Positions 34,317 through 45,399 of a stretch of DNA of 64,000 nt are shown in pieces. The stretch comes from an uncultured Planctomycetota bacterium (GTDB lineage: Bacteria > Planctomycetota > Planctomycetia > Gemmatales > Gemmataceae). Positions within the stretch are counted from its first letter, which is position 1; the number at the start of each line of letters is the position of its first letter. The notes under the pieces were generated by a model. The model searched no databases, was not told the DNA's origin, and worked only from the letters and a program-made list of their open reading frames with translations. Location: contig CAWKHF010000005.1 in the NCBI GenBank assembly GCA_963849325.1, positions 320,001 through 384,000 of the forward strand. Direction: 5' to 3'. The translations under genes and the position numbers were made by a program.

Positions 34317-37300
34317 ATGGCGGTCCGGATCGACAATCAGGCCGAGCCAATTCCCGGCTACAAGCTCATCGAGCGCCTGGGCGGCGGCGGCTTCGGCGAG
34401 GTCTGGAAGTGCGAGGCGCCCGGCGGCCTGCACAAGGCCATCAAGTTCGTCTTCGGCGATCTCGGCGCCGCCGGCGAGGACGGCCATCGTGCCGAGCAGG
34501 AACTGAAGGCCCTCAGCCGCGTCAAGACCGTCCGTCATCCATACATCCTGTCGCTGGAACGCTACGACATCGTCGATGGTCAGCTCATGATCGTCATGGA
34601 GCTGGCCGACCGCAACCTGTGGGACCGCTTCAAGGAGTGCCGGGCCCGCGGACTGCCCGGCATCCCCCGCGACGAGCTGCTCGGCTACATGGAGGAGACG
34701 GCCGAGGCGCTCGATCTGATGAACAGCCAGTATCAGCTGCAACACCTGGACATCAAGCCGCAGAACCTGTTCCTGGTTTATCAACACGTCAAGGTGGCCG
34801 ATTTTGGCCTGGTCAAGGATCTGGAGGGCATGCAGGCGTCGGTGACGGGTGGCGTCACGCCGGTGTACGCCGCGCCCGAGACGTTCGACGGCTGGGTCAG
34901 CCGCTTTTGCGATCAGTACAGCCTGGCCATCGTCTATCAGGAATTGTTGACGGGCCAACGGCCGTTCAACGGCAGCAACATACGTCAGCTGATCTTGCAG
35001 CACTTGCAGGCGCCGCCCAACGTCAGCTCGCTGCCGCCGGGCGAGCAGCCGGCCATCGCCCGCGCCCTGTCCAAGACGCCGGGCGACCGCTTCCCGACCT
35101 GTCACGAACTGGTCGAGGCGCTCAAGAACGGCGGGGCCGGCGGTGGCGCCGCTTCCGAGACGGCGCCCGCGGTGGAAGCGATCGCCCCCTCGCAGGTGAG
35201 TGGCCTGGTCGCCTCCGTGGGAAGACTCACCGACAACCGCACGGACAGCGCGGAAGAGTTCACCGATGACACCGCGGTGACAGCGAGCCTCCGTCAACTC
35301 CGCCGCCCCGACTCCAACCCGTGTACCACGGACGCTCTCCGCGGCGAAGGTGCCGCCCCGTCGGGCACGGCCGCCGAGCCGCGCAAGGCCCCGCCGGAGG
35401 TCAACGGCAACGGCGTCCTCTTTCCCGCCCTGGTCCTCGGTCTAGGCCAGCTCGGTCTGAGCGTGGTGCAGCGGCTACGCCAGCGTTTGCACACGCGCTT
35501 CGGCGGCCTGGAATGCCTGCCACACCTGCGGTTGCTGGTCCTCGATACCGACCCGGAAGTGGTCCGCACCGCCGGCCGCGCCGCCGCCGCCGCCCGTCTG
35601 TCCGAGGCCGAAGTATTGCTGGCCCCGCTGAATCGTCCCAGCCACTACCTCAAACCGCGCGACGGCCGACCCGACATCGACAGCTGGCTCAATCCGCGCA
35701 TGCTCTACCGCATCCCGCGTTCGCAGGTGACCACCGGCGTCCGCGCCCTCGGCCGGCTCGCCTTCTGCGACAATTATCGTCTCATCACCCTTCGCTTGCA
35801 GGCCGAGCTGAACGCCTGCATGGACCCCGACGCCCTGGCCTCCGCCGTCCATCAGACGGGGCTGGGCCTGCGCACCAACCGCGTCCGCGTCTACGTCGTC
35901 ACCAGCCTGGCCGGCGGCAGCGGCGGCGGCATGTTCCTCGATCTGGCCTACACCCTCCGCGCCCTGCTCAAGCAGGCTGGCTACGAGCAGCCCGACGTGG
36001 TGGGCGTGTTCCTGCTGCCCGGCGTCGATCGCAACCGCACGCGCGTGCTGACGCTGGGCAACGCCTGCGCCGCCCTGCGCGAGTTGAGCCACTTCGCCCG
36101 CCCCGGTACGACGTTCACCGCCCGCTATCACCAACGCGAGGCGCCCGTGCAGGACAGCGAACCGCCGTTCAGTCGCTGCGTCATGCTGCCGTTGCCGGAG
36201 GAGACCGACGAGGCGTCCACGCGCGAGCTGGTCGAGCTGACCGGGCTGTTCTTGTCGCGCGATTTGTGTTCGCCGCTGGGCCGAGTGGCCGACCTGGGCC
36301 GTGGCGGCGTGACCGGCCTGCCGTGGGATTCGCGCGGCCTGTTCTATCAGACGTTCGGCCTGTATCCGCTGTCCTGGCCGCGCCACGCCCTGCTTCGCAC
36401 CGTGCGCGCCGCCTATGTCAGCGCCTGATCCAGCGCTGGATGAGCAAGGATAGCAAGCCGCTCCGCGAGTCGGTGCGGGCCTGGATGCAGGAGCAGTGGA
36501 CGCAGCAGGAGTTCGGCTCCAGCATCCTGATGGAACGACTCAACGAGGCCGGCCGTCAGGCGCTCGGCCGCGACCCGGACGACGTCTTCCGCGGCCTGAC
36601 CGAGCCGCTGCTGGAACGCCATGCCACCGTTCTGAATCCGCCTTCGAAGCGGGGCGGCGCCGCCGTCGAACCGCATTTGCCTCCTGAAGAGATCGCCGAA
36701 GTCCTCGAGCAGTTCGAGCAACTCCTGGGCAAGCCGCAGGACGATGGCCTGTCCGAGACGCCGGCACGATTGGTCGTCGCCCTGCGCGAAGCGGCCGACC
36801 GCCTGGTCCACGAGTGGGGCCAGAAGTTGGCCGAACTGCCGGTGCGCCTGATTGAGGAGCCGGAGTTTCGCCTGGCCGGCGCCGAGGAGATCGTCCGGCA
36901 GATGGTGGCGTCGCTCGAGCAGGCCTTGCAGCATCACGAGCCGTTGTCCAAGGAGTTGACCAACCGCGCCGTCGAGGCGTACACCCGGCTGCAAGCGCTG
37001 GCCGTGCCGTCCGCGGAGAAGGCCGGCGCCTCCGGCGTCTTCCGCAAGGTCGGTTCTCGCGGCGGCCATCGCCCGATGGCCGTCGAGGCGGTCGAGTTGC
37101 TGCGCAGCTATCCCAAGTCGCTGTACCAGAGCCTGGTGCTGCGCCAGGCCGGCAATGTTTTGCTGACGCTGCGCGGTCACCTGGCCGACGAGATGCGCGA
37201 GATCAACTCCTGCCGCGTCCGTCTCGGCGAGCTGTTGCGCAAGCTGGAGGAGCCGGCCGACTCCGCCGTGTCGTCGGCGGCGCAGGCGGCGATCGGCAAA

Positions 37301-37903
37301 CACATCTTCCCCACCGGCTGCAAGGACTTCGCGGAGACGGCCACCTACTTCGAGGACCGCCTCGGTCCCGACGCGCTGCTCGTCCTGGATGGCCGCATGG
37401 AAGCGATGCTCAAGAAGCAGTTCACGGCGTTGGTCAACGTCTGCCTGACCAGCGGCAACGTGCTGAAGAACGTCGAGACGGCGATGCTGCAAACGGCCGA
37501 GCGCTTCGTCGCCGAGCAAGTAGGCGAGATCAACGTGGCGGAGATGTTCCGCGATCACCACCCCGACGCGGCGCAGGCGTCTCAGGAGATCGTGGGTTAC
37601 TTCGACGACGCCGCTCCCGAGCTGCCGGCCGAGCGTCGCGGCAATGGCGCCGAGCTGTGCGTGCTGGCGACGCCGGCCGGCCCGGCCGGCGATCACTTCC
37701 GCGAGTTGGCGGCCACGGCCTTACCCGACGTCGAATGGCACGCCGCCCCCGGTGACGAGGACATCGTACTCTACCGCGAATTGACCAACCTGCCGCTGTC
37801 CGACCTGCCGCAGCTGGGACCACTCGGTCAAGACGCATACCGCCAGATGAGCGCCGCCGAACATTTCACGCCGCATTGCCGCTGTGACGTTGATTTCAGC
37901 TGA
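34317..37903 (+). CDS. Ser/Thr protein kinase fused to a tubulin/FtsZ-like domain (frameshift near 36405)
   Basis: LGGGGFGEVW, AIK, HLDIKPQN, DFGL, YAAPE; then LVLGLGQLG, LDTD, RALGRLAF and SLAGGSGGGMFLD tubulin-like signature; long helical C-terminus. Confidence 0.85.
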
Positions 37904-38283
37904 TTTCGCCAATCATCATACATTGCGAAATCGCAAGAATACTTCCTGTCTTAAATTAACATTCGTTAATATTTCTTTCCGCTCTCTCATCTTCTCCCGC
38001 TTGCCGTTAATATATTTTGATCCGCAAGTCTCGTATATCATTGGACTTGAGAAAGCTGAAGAAGAAGTAACGGAACTTCTTGTCCGATTTCGCGCCGATT
38101 TCGATGGAATATATAGGGGGCGTTCTGCCTCCTGAATCCCTCACAGGTAAAAACGACTGCTCTTCGAGCCGTCAGTGGGAGCGTGCCGCGTTCCAGCGTG
38201 CGCATCCTCGCGGCTGGAACGCGCAAATTTTTATCTGTGCGGGGATCTCCAAATGGTCCTGCCCATCGCCCGAGGAGATCCGC

Positions 38284-38889
38284 ATGAACGCGCAACAAGG
38301 CGGGCCATTCAGCGATGACGAAGACCTGCATCGCGACGATACACGAATGGTCCGGGACGACAATACCTTTCCTGGCCTGGCCGAGCATATCCGGCGGTGT
38401 CTGCACGAAGTCGGGTTGACGCCGGAGCAAGTGGAGAGGGTAACGCAGCAGGTATGGCTGGCGCTCCTGGAGAACAGGCACCTCTTTGAGGGAGAGCACG
38501 CGGAGCAACAACTGCACGCCTGGGTTGATCGCGTCGCCCACGGCAAAGCAATGGACGAACATCGCCGGGCACGACGCGAGCGGCGACTGTTTCGCGCCCT
38601 GGATGCCTTGCGGGCGGAGCCGAAAGATCGGCGAGAGGATGCGGCCGAACAGGCGGAAGTCACGCAGCACTGGTGCGAATGGTTGCGCGAAGGGATGGAG
38701 GAGATGCGCGTCCAGCATCCGCTCAATTATCGCTTGTTGTACGGCCACTACATGGAGGGGCGTAGGGCCAAGGATCTGGCGAAGGAGGAGGGTTTGAGTG
38801 TGAACGCGGTGTACCAGCGTCTTCGCTGGGCGAGGGCGTGGCTCCGAAAGCGGATGACGGAAGGAGGCGATTATGGAAGCCTGCCTTAA
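38284..38889 (+). CDS. Divergent ECF-type sigma-70 factor
   Basis: GAGGAG SD; region 2-like VTQQVWLAL...LHAWVDRVAHGKAMDEHRR; region 4 HTH YMEGRRAKDLAKEEGLSVNAVYQRLRWAR. Confidence 0.7.
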   Translation: MNAQQGGPFSDDEDLHRDDTRMVRDDNTFPGLAEHIRRCLHEVGLTPEQVERVTQQVWLALLENRHLFEGEHAEQQLHAWVDRVAHGKAMDEHRRARRERRLFRALDALRAEPKDRREDAAEQAEVTQHWCEWLREGMEEMRVQHPLNYRLLYGHYMEGRRAKDLAKEEGLSVNAVYQRLRWARAWLRKRMTEGGDYGSLP

Positions 38890-39054
38890 TGCCGTCCCGG
38901 AATGTGAGGAAATAAATCTATTTTTTCATCACAGATTTTGGGGGGTCGAGCGATTACTATGGATAGAGGCAGAAAAAGGCGAATGCGGAGAGGAAGGCGA
39001 TCCTTGCGTCCGGTTCGGCGTGCGCCCGGAGGGTCGCCAAGGGAGGGACAATCC

Positions 39055-39321
39055 ATGCGCGGCTTGCTGGCGGCGCTGCGCCGCAAACTGAGGCTGATCC
39101 GCTGTAGGGGACGGATCGATTTCGTGCCGCCGGAGGCGGACGAGGGCTCGTTCACCTACTACGACGGGCCTTCCTTCGTTTGGACGGAGGCGGGATTTGA
39201 AGAGTCGGGTAAACCGACTCTCTGCGGCGACCGGCCGCGAACGAAGCCTGGCAATCTTCCGGTCAGCGCTCCGCTGGTAGAGGAGCCACCGGCAGAACCA
39301 TCGTGGTGCTATTGCATCTGA
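39055..39321 (+). CDS. Small hypothetical protein (88 aa) ending in WCYCI
   Basis: GGGAGG SD; 22 bp upstream of the next gene. Confidence 0.5.
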   Translation: MRGLLAALRRKLRLIRCRGRIDFVPPEADEGSFTYYDGPSFVWTEAGFEESGKPTLCGDRPRTKPGNLPVSAPLVEEPPAEPSWCYCI

Positions 39322-39343
39322 GGACTCACGCGGAGAACGTGTC

Positions 39344-40777
39344 ATGTCCGCAACGCGGATTGTCCGGGTAGGGCATTGTGCCGTCATTCTCGGCTGTGCA
39401 GCCCTGCTGGGCTTTGCGGCGAATGCCCATGCTGATCCCAAGCCGCTGTCGAAGGCAGAGCAGGCCAAGGTCGATAAGGCCATCGAGCGTGCCGTGGCGT
39501 TCGTCAAAAAGACGCAGAAGGAGACGGGAGAGTTTGGCGAACTGAAACTCCGACTACCGGGGCTGGTTTTCAACCGCGGCTATTTCTTTTTCCCTGCACT
39601 GGCGCTCCTGGAAAGCGGCGTTCCGGGGTCCGATCCAGCCATCCAAAATGCGGCTAAGATGGTCCGCGCCTGGGAATCCCAGATGGATCGCACCTACGGC
39701 GTGTCCGTGGCTATCTTGTTTCTAGATCGATTGGGCGACCCAAGAGACAAGGAGATCATACGCAGCCTGGCTCTGCGATTGATTGCGGGGCAGACCTACA
39801 CTGGGGGGTGGGGTTATTATTGCCCTACACTCAGCGAGCAAAACCAGAACCTCCTCTGGAAAACTCTACTTGCCTTGCACGCCCACAACAATCCTCCCTC
39901 CGAGCCACGGGAGGGAAAAGCGCCAAAGTCTCCTAAGATAGCGAAAACCAACCCATCCATCCCTGTGATTTTGAGGAGCTTGGCGATCTTTCAGGATCCG
40001 ACGCGCCTTTTCAAACGCCGGGAAATTCTAATCCCTGAGGGGGCACCTCCTCCGAACCTGAACTCGCGTTTTTTGCTTGGGACCACGGATAATTCCAATA
40101 CCCAGTTTGCTGTATTGGCCCTATGGGCGGCGAGCCGGCATGGTATTCCCGTTGACCGGACCTTGGCTCTCGTCATCAAACGCTTCAGGGCGAGTCAAAA
40201 CGAGGACGGCACATGGAATTATCGTTATGGGTTCACCGGAACAGATCGTGGAAAATGGGACGGGCTGGGACCGAACAACACGGCGGCCGCTCTTATCGGA
40301 TTGGCAATGGCGTACGGGGTGCGCCAACCGCATCAGGAGAGCGTTGATCCTGATATTCGTGAGCGGATTATCCGAGGCTTGGCAGTCTTGAGCAAGACGA
40401 TTGGCACACCGACAGGACAGATGGATCGACAAGTGCCTATGGCGGACTTGTATACCTTGTGGACCATAGAGCGCGTGGCTACCCTGTACAATCTTTCGGT
40501 GATCGACGGGAAGGACTGGTATCGATGGGGCGCTGAAATTCTCGTGACCAATCAGACAGATGACGGAAACTGGATTCGCACAGCGTTACATGCCAACGTA
40601 GTGATTCGCCCGTCCTTTGGTTTACTGTTCTTGAAACGAGCGAATTTTACGAGAGATTTAACGGCGAAATTGCCCTTCACAGCGAAGGAGTTGAACGAGG
40701 GAATCGCACGCCTACGGTCCAGCGATAGCCGCATGGAACGATCGATCGCCACTCCAAGCCGTAGCACAAAGCCCTAG
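39344..40777 (+). CDS. Secreted prenyltransferase/squalene-oxidase-repeat (alpha/alpha barrel) protein 1
   Basis: Signal peptide (AHA-D); VDKAIERAVAF, Q..TGGWGY, DNSNTQFAVLALWAA, QNEDGTWNY, DWYRWGAEILV.NQ..DGNW. Confidence 0.75.
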   Translation: MSATRIVRVGHCAVILGCAALLGFAANAHADPKPLSKAEQAKVDKAIERAVAFVKKTQKETGEFGELKLRLPGLVFNRGYFFFPALALLESGVPGSDPAIQNAAKMVRAWESQMDRTYGVSVAILFLDRLGDPRDKEIIRSLALRLIAGQTYTGGWGYYCPTLSEQNQNLLWKTLLALHAHNNPPSEPREGKAPKSPKIAKTNPSIPVILRSLAIFQDPTRLFKRREILIPEGAPPPNLNSRFLLGTTDNSNTQFAVLALWAASRHGIPVDRTLALVIKRFRASQNEDGTWNYRYGFTGTDRGKWDGLGPNNTAAALIGLAMAYGVRQPHQESVDPDIRERIIRGLAVLSKTIGTPTGQMDRQVPMADLYTLWTIERVATLYNLSVIDGKDWYRWGAEILVTNQTDDGNWIRTALHANVVIRPSFGLLFLKRANFTRDLTAKLPFTAKELNEGIARLRSSDSRMERSIATPSRSTKP

Positions 40778-40831
40778 CGTTGATCGGAGGAGCGGTTTCT
40801 CATCACCGATTCGCCCCTTGCGAGGAAAGCC

Positions 40832-42279
40832 ATGTTTCTGAAGCTGCGCATGTGCTTGCGAAAGGTCGCTCCTCTCCTCGGCTGTGCAGTCGTGCTTGGG
40901 TTCGGCATCGCATCCACGCCGATCTCAAGCCGCTGTCGAAGGCGGAGCAGGCCAAGGTCGATAAGGCCATCGAACGGGCCATGGCGTTCGTGAAAAAAAC
41001 GCAGAAGGAGACGGGAGAGTTTGGAGAGCTTCAAATCCGACTACCGGGTCTGATCTTCAACCGCGGCTATTTCTTTTTTCCGGCTTTGGCGCTCCTGGAA
41101 AGCGGAGTTCCAGCGACAAATCCAGCCATCCAAAAAACGGCTAAGATGGTCCGCGCCTGGGAACCCCAGATGGATCGCACCTACGGCGTGTCCGTGGCTA
41201 TCTTGTTTCTAGATCGATTGGGCGACCCAAAAGACAAGGAAATTATACGCAGCCTGGCACTGCGTCTGATCGCGGCGCAGACCTACACTGGGGGGTGGGG
41301 CTATTATTGTTCGACCCTCAGCGAGCAAAACCAGAAAATCCTCTGGAAAACTCTGCTTGCCTTGCACGCCAAAGACTATCCTTCATCCGACTCGCGGGAT
41401 GGAAAAGCGCCAAAGTCTCCTCAGATAGCGAAGACCAACCCATCCATCCCCGCGATTTTGAGAACCTTGGCGATCTTTCAGGATCCGACGCACCTCTTCA
41501 AGCGCAGAGAAGTTCTGATACATGAGGGAATGCCTCCTCCGAACCTGGACTCGCGTTTTCTGGCCGGGACCACGGATAATTCTAATACCCAGTTCGCTGT
41601 GCTGGCCCTGTGGGCGGCGAGTCGTCATGGCATTCCCGTTGACCGGACCTTGGCCCTTGTCGTCAAACGATTCACATCGAGCCAAAACGAGGACGGCACG
41701 TGGAATTACCGTTATGAGTTTACCAGAAGAGGTCGTGGAAAATGGGATGAGCGAGGGATGTGCAACACGACAGCCGCTCTTCTTGGATTGGCAATGGCGC
41801 ATGGGATGCGCAAATTGCCTCAGGACGTTACGGCTGCCGATATTCAGGAGCGGATTATCAAGGGCTTGGCGGTCTTGAGCAAGGAGATTGGTACTCCAAC
41901 AGGACAGATGAATCGGCAAGTGCCCATCAAGGACTTGTATTTCTTGTGGTCTGTGGAGCGTGTTGCTACACTGTATAACCTTTCCTTGATCGGCGAGAAA
42001 GACTGGTACCGCTGGGGCGCTGAAATCCTCGTGACCAATCAGAAGGATGATGGGAACTGGTTTGGCACAGGGTCCTATTTCAACGTAGCGGTCAGCCCGT
42101 CCTTTGGCTTGCTGTTCTTGAAGCGGGCGAATTTCACGAGAGAACTGACAGCGAAATTGCCTCTGATGGGCCGAGAACTGAACAAATCCATCATCGCTCA
42201 TTTGCGGTCGAGCGGAACGCCGACTTCTCCATCGTTGGAAAGTCGAGGAGCAACTTCCGAGTCCAACAGGGGACCCTGA
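40832..42279 (+). CDS. Secreted prenyltransferase-repeat protein 2, tandem paralog (frameshift near 40912)
   Basis: GAGGA SD then MFLKLRMCLRKVASLLGCAVVLGFG; remainder collinear and highly similar to protein 1. Confidence 0.75.
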
Positions 42280-42459
42280 TCCCTGAAGTAGATGATGGTG
42301 TCTGCCGCAAATATTGCCCCCGAATGATCCAGCGATTCACGCGAGAACGCGCTGACGCTCTATGCCACTTGCTCCACGATCAACGGGCATTGCGCACATT
42401 CCATCGCATCGCCCGCAAGGATAATCCGTGTCGCCCTTTACTCGCAAAGGAGGTCTGCT

Positions 42460-44484
42460 ATGTTGTCTACCGCGATCCGCCTGTACCGATGGTTCTCCGC
42501 ACCCGGCCAGACGAGGAGCCTTCGCCGCCATCCGCACTTCTTCTGTCCCAGGCTCGAAATCCTGGAAGATCGGCTGGTCCCCGATGCGATGACGTTTGTG
42601 AATCCGATTACAGGTCTTCCCAGCGTTGGGTCCTACACGGTGCTCGGGAACTGGACCGATCTGGGCCTTCTAGGAGGGCCTGGGCCCGCGAAGGCATTGC
42701 CTGGTGCCAACGACACGGCGGACATCCCCGTCGGAGCGAGTTGCACCCTTAGCAGTCTCAACGAACAGGGTCTCGCCGGCTTGACCGTGGAAGGCAGCAT
42801 GGCCGTTGCCTCGCCCCTGAGCGTCAGCGGCAACGCCACCATCTCGGGCAGCGCCGCCATGACCGTCTCCTCGCAACTGAGCGTCAGCGGCACCACCTCC
42901 CTCACCGGCAGCGCCACCCTGCTCATCGGCAGTTCCAGCGATCCCAACGCCGAAGCCTCCCTCGACACCGACACCTTCGATATGGACAGCACCGCCACCG
43001 CTACCGTCGGCGGACCCAGCGGCGGCAGCAACGGCTCCATCGACGCCACCTTCGCCACCCTCGGCGATTTCGCCCTCCTCAACCTCGGCGACCCCGGCAC
43101 CGGACTGGGCGGCAACATGGACGTCTCCAACACCATGACCATGAACGGCGGCACCCTCATCGTCGGCGGCGCCGGCGGCAGCGGCTCCGTCCTCGACGTC
43201 TACACCCTCAACGCCGCTGGCTCCAACGCCACCACCGTCAACAGCGGCGGCGAGATCGATGTGAAGAACACGGCCCTCTTCGGCGGTCCCAGCACGGTCT
43301 ACGGCGAGATCAAGGCCGAGAACGGCGGCGCCTTCGATGGCGGCAGCGTCGTCCTGGGCGGCACCGGCACCGTCAGTGGCGCCAACGGCAAGCTCGTCGC
43401 CGAGATCAACGGCTCCTTCACTTTCTTCAACGGCTCGACCTGGACCATCGGCGCCGGCAATCCCGTCGGCAGCGCCCTCAACGACGGCCAGTTCTTCATC
43501 GGTGGCACGCTGAACGTGAACACCGCCCTCAACCCCGACGGCGACATCACCCTCGACTCCAGCGGACTCCTCGCCGGCAGCGGCAGCCTCGACGAGTGGC
43601 ACGATTTCACCTGGAACGGCGGCACCCTGTCCATAGCCGGCGGCACCACCATCGAGCCGTCCAGCGACTTCAAAATGATCAACGGCGGCACCCTGGCCAG
43701 CAATCTCACCAACATCAGCTCCTACACCGAATTGCAGGGCGGCAGCAGCTTGAACCTCACCAATGGCGCCATCTTCGACAACGCCTTCGGCACCACGGCC
43801 GTGTCCATTCCCAACATTGTCACCTATGGCGGCGGCACCTTCATCAACGATGCCAACGGCACCCTGGAGGTGCAGACGCCGCTCACGATTTTCAGCCCCT
43901 TCACCAACACCGGCACCCTGGACGTGTCCGGCGGCTCGTCGCTGACGCTGAGTCCCTCCAGCGGCGCGGACGAGTTGGATGGCACGCTCGACCTGGAGGG
44001 CGTCATGACGCTGCTGGGCACGTTCGTGTCGTCCAATGGGCTGATCGTCAATGGCAGCGAGGCGCTGCAGGTCGGCGATGACAGCGGCGACAGCGGCAGT
44101 CTGGCCTTATCGCAGGGCGCCAACATCTTCGGCCACGTGGAAGTGACCGGCAGCGGCACGCTGACCAGCGATGCCCAATTGAGCAATGAGGGTACGCTGA
44201 CGCTGGACCTGGGCGGTGTGAACAGCCTGGCCTCTTATCAGCAGGCTTCCTACGGGACGCTGGAGCTGCAGCAAGCGCCGTCGGCGTTCACGACGCTGTC
44301 GGTCACGGGCAGCGCGGCGTTGGCGGGCACGGTCGATCTGCAATACGTGGACGGTTACACGCCGTCGTCGGGGACCGCGTTCACGGTGGTGACGGCCGGC
44401 TCGATCGGCGGACATTTCGATGTCATTCCCGACGGCATGACGGCGACCTACAATCCCACCAACGTCATCCTCACTCAGAATTGA
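42460..44484 (+). CDS. LEDR-leader secreted beta-helix (autotransporter-passenger-like) protein G
   Basis: AAGGAGG SD; RLEILEDRLVP; G/N/T/S-rich beta-strand repeats; ends LAGTVDL...FTVVTAGSIGGHF...YNPTNVILTQN with no beta-barrel and no PT tail. Confidence 0.75.
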   Translation: MLSTAIRLYRWFSAPGQTRSLRRHPHFFCPRLEILEDRLVPDAMTFVNPITGLPSVGSYTVLGNWTDLGLLGGPGPAKALPGANDTADIPVGASCTLSSLNEQGLAGLTVEGSMAVASPLSVSGNATISGSAAMTVSSQLSVSGTTSLTGSATLLIGSSSDPNAEASLDTDTFDMDSTATATVGGPSGGSNGSIDATFATLGDFALLNLGDPGTGLGGNMDVSNTMTMNGGTLIVGGAGGSGSVLDVYTLNAAGSNATTVNSGGEIDVKNTALFGGPSTVYGEIKAENGGAFDGGSVVLGGTGTVSGANGKLVAEINGSFTFFNGSTWTIGAGNPVGSALNDGQFFIGGTLNVNTALNPDGDITLDSSGLLAGSGSLDEWHDFTWNGGTLSIAGGTTIEPSSDFKMINGGTLASNLTNISSYTELQGGSSLNLTNGAIFDNAFGTTAVSIPNIVTYGGGTFINDANGTLEVQTPLTIFSPFTNTGTLDVSGGSSLTLSPSSGADELDGTLDLEGVMTLLGTFVSSNGLIVNGSEALQVGDDSGDSGSLALSQGANIFGHVEVTGSGTLTSDAQLSNEGTLTLDLGGVNSLASYQQASYGTLELQQAPSAFTTLSVTGSAALAGTVDLQYVDGYTPSSGTAFTVVTAGSIGGHFDVIPDGMTATYNPTNVILTQN

Positions 44485-44569
44485 GCTTCTATTCATCGGC
44501 GGGCGGGGTCGCGCCCGCGCCTCGACATTGCTCTGGACAGCGTTGCGCCGGCTGCGATAGGCTGCCAGG

Positions 44570-45325
44570 ATGTTCGCCGGCACGCACTCCGATTATCTCG
44601 TCGATCTCGACACCTTTCGCGGCCCGCTCGACCTGCTGCTCTACCTGGTCAAGCGCGACGAAGTGGACATCCGCGACATCTCCATCGCGCGCGTGGCCGA
44701 ACAATTCCAGACATACCTCGACGCCCTGCAGCTGATCGATGTGGAAGGGGCCGGCGATTTCCTCGTCATGGCGGCGACACTGCTGGAGATCAAGAGCAAG
44801 ATGCTGCTGCCGCGGCCGGAGGAGTCGGCCGAGCCGGAGGACGATCCGCGCCTGGAGCTGGTCAAACAGTTGGTGCAGTACAAGAAGTTCAAGGACGCCG
44901 CCGCCCTGTTGGAAGCACGGGCCGAGCAACAGAGCCAGCGTCTGCCGCGCCAGACCGCGCCGCCGCCGGCCGGCGCCGCGCCGCCGCCTCTGAAGCCGGT
45001 CGAGCTGTGGGACCTGGTCAGCGCCTTTGGCCGGCTCATGCGCGAGACGCTGGCGCTGCAACCGCAGACCATCGCCGTCGATCAGACGCCGCTGCACGTC
45101 CACATGGAAGACATCCTTCGGCTGTTGCGCGAGGCGAAGCGCCTGCCGTTCTCGGCCCTGTTCACGCCGCCGCACACGCGCGGCCGGCTCGTCGGCCTGT
45201 TCCTCGCCATCCTCGAATTGACCAAGACACGGCGGATCGTCCCGGAACAGTCCGATGCGTTCGGTGACATCTGGGTGTCAATGGCGGAGAATCAACCACA
45301 GATGAACACAGATGAACACGGATAA
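44570..45325 (+). CDS. scpA: Segregation and condensation protein A
   Basis: FRGPLDLLLYLV, FLVMAATLLEIKSKMLLP, EDDPRLELV, FLAILEL...Q..AFGDI. Confidence 0.92.
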   Translation: MFAGTHSDYLVDLDTFRGPLDLLLYLVKRDEVDIRDISIARVAEQFQTYLDALQLIDVEGAGDFLVMAATLLEIKSKMLLPRPEESAEPEDDPRLELVKQLVQYKKFKDAAALLEARAEQQSQRLPRQTAPPPAGAAPPPLKPVELWDLVSAFGRLMRETLALQPQTIAVDQTPLHVHMEDILRLLREAKRLPFSALFTPPHTRGRLVGLFLAILELTKTRRIVPEQSDAFGDIWVSMAENQPQMNTDEHG

Positions 45326-45399
45326 AGAAAAGACAAAAAAGATGAAGAAACGATAGAATTGTATTATCCGTGTTTATCTGTGTTCATCCGTGGTTGATT
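45290..45399. repeat. Inverted element with tandem 10-mer (CACAGATGAA) arms
   Basis: 36-bp arms at 45290-45325 and 45364-45399 around an A-rich spacer. Confidence 0.8.
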
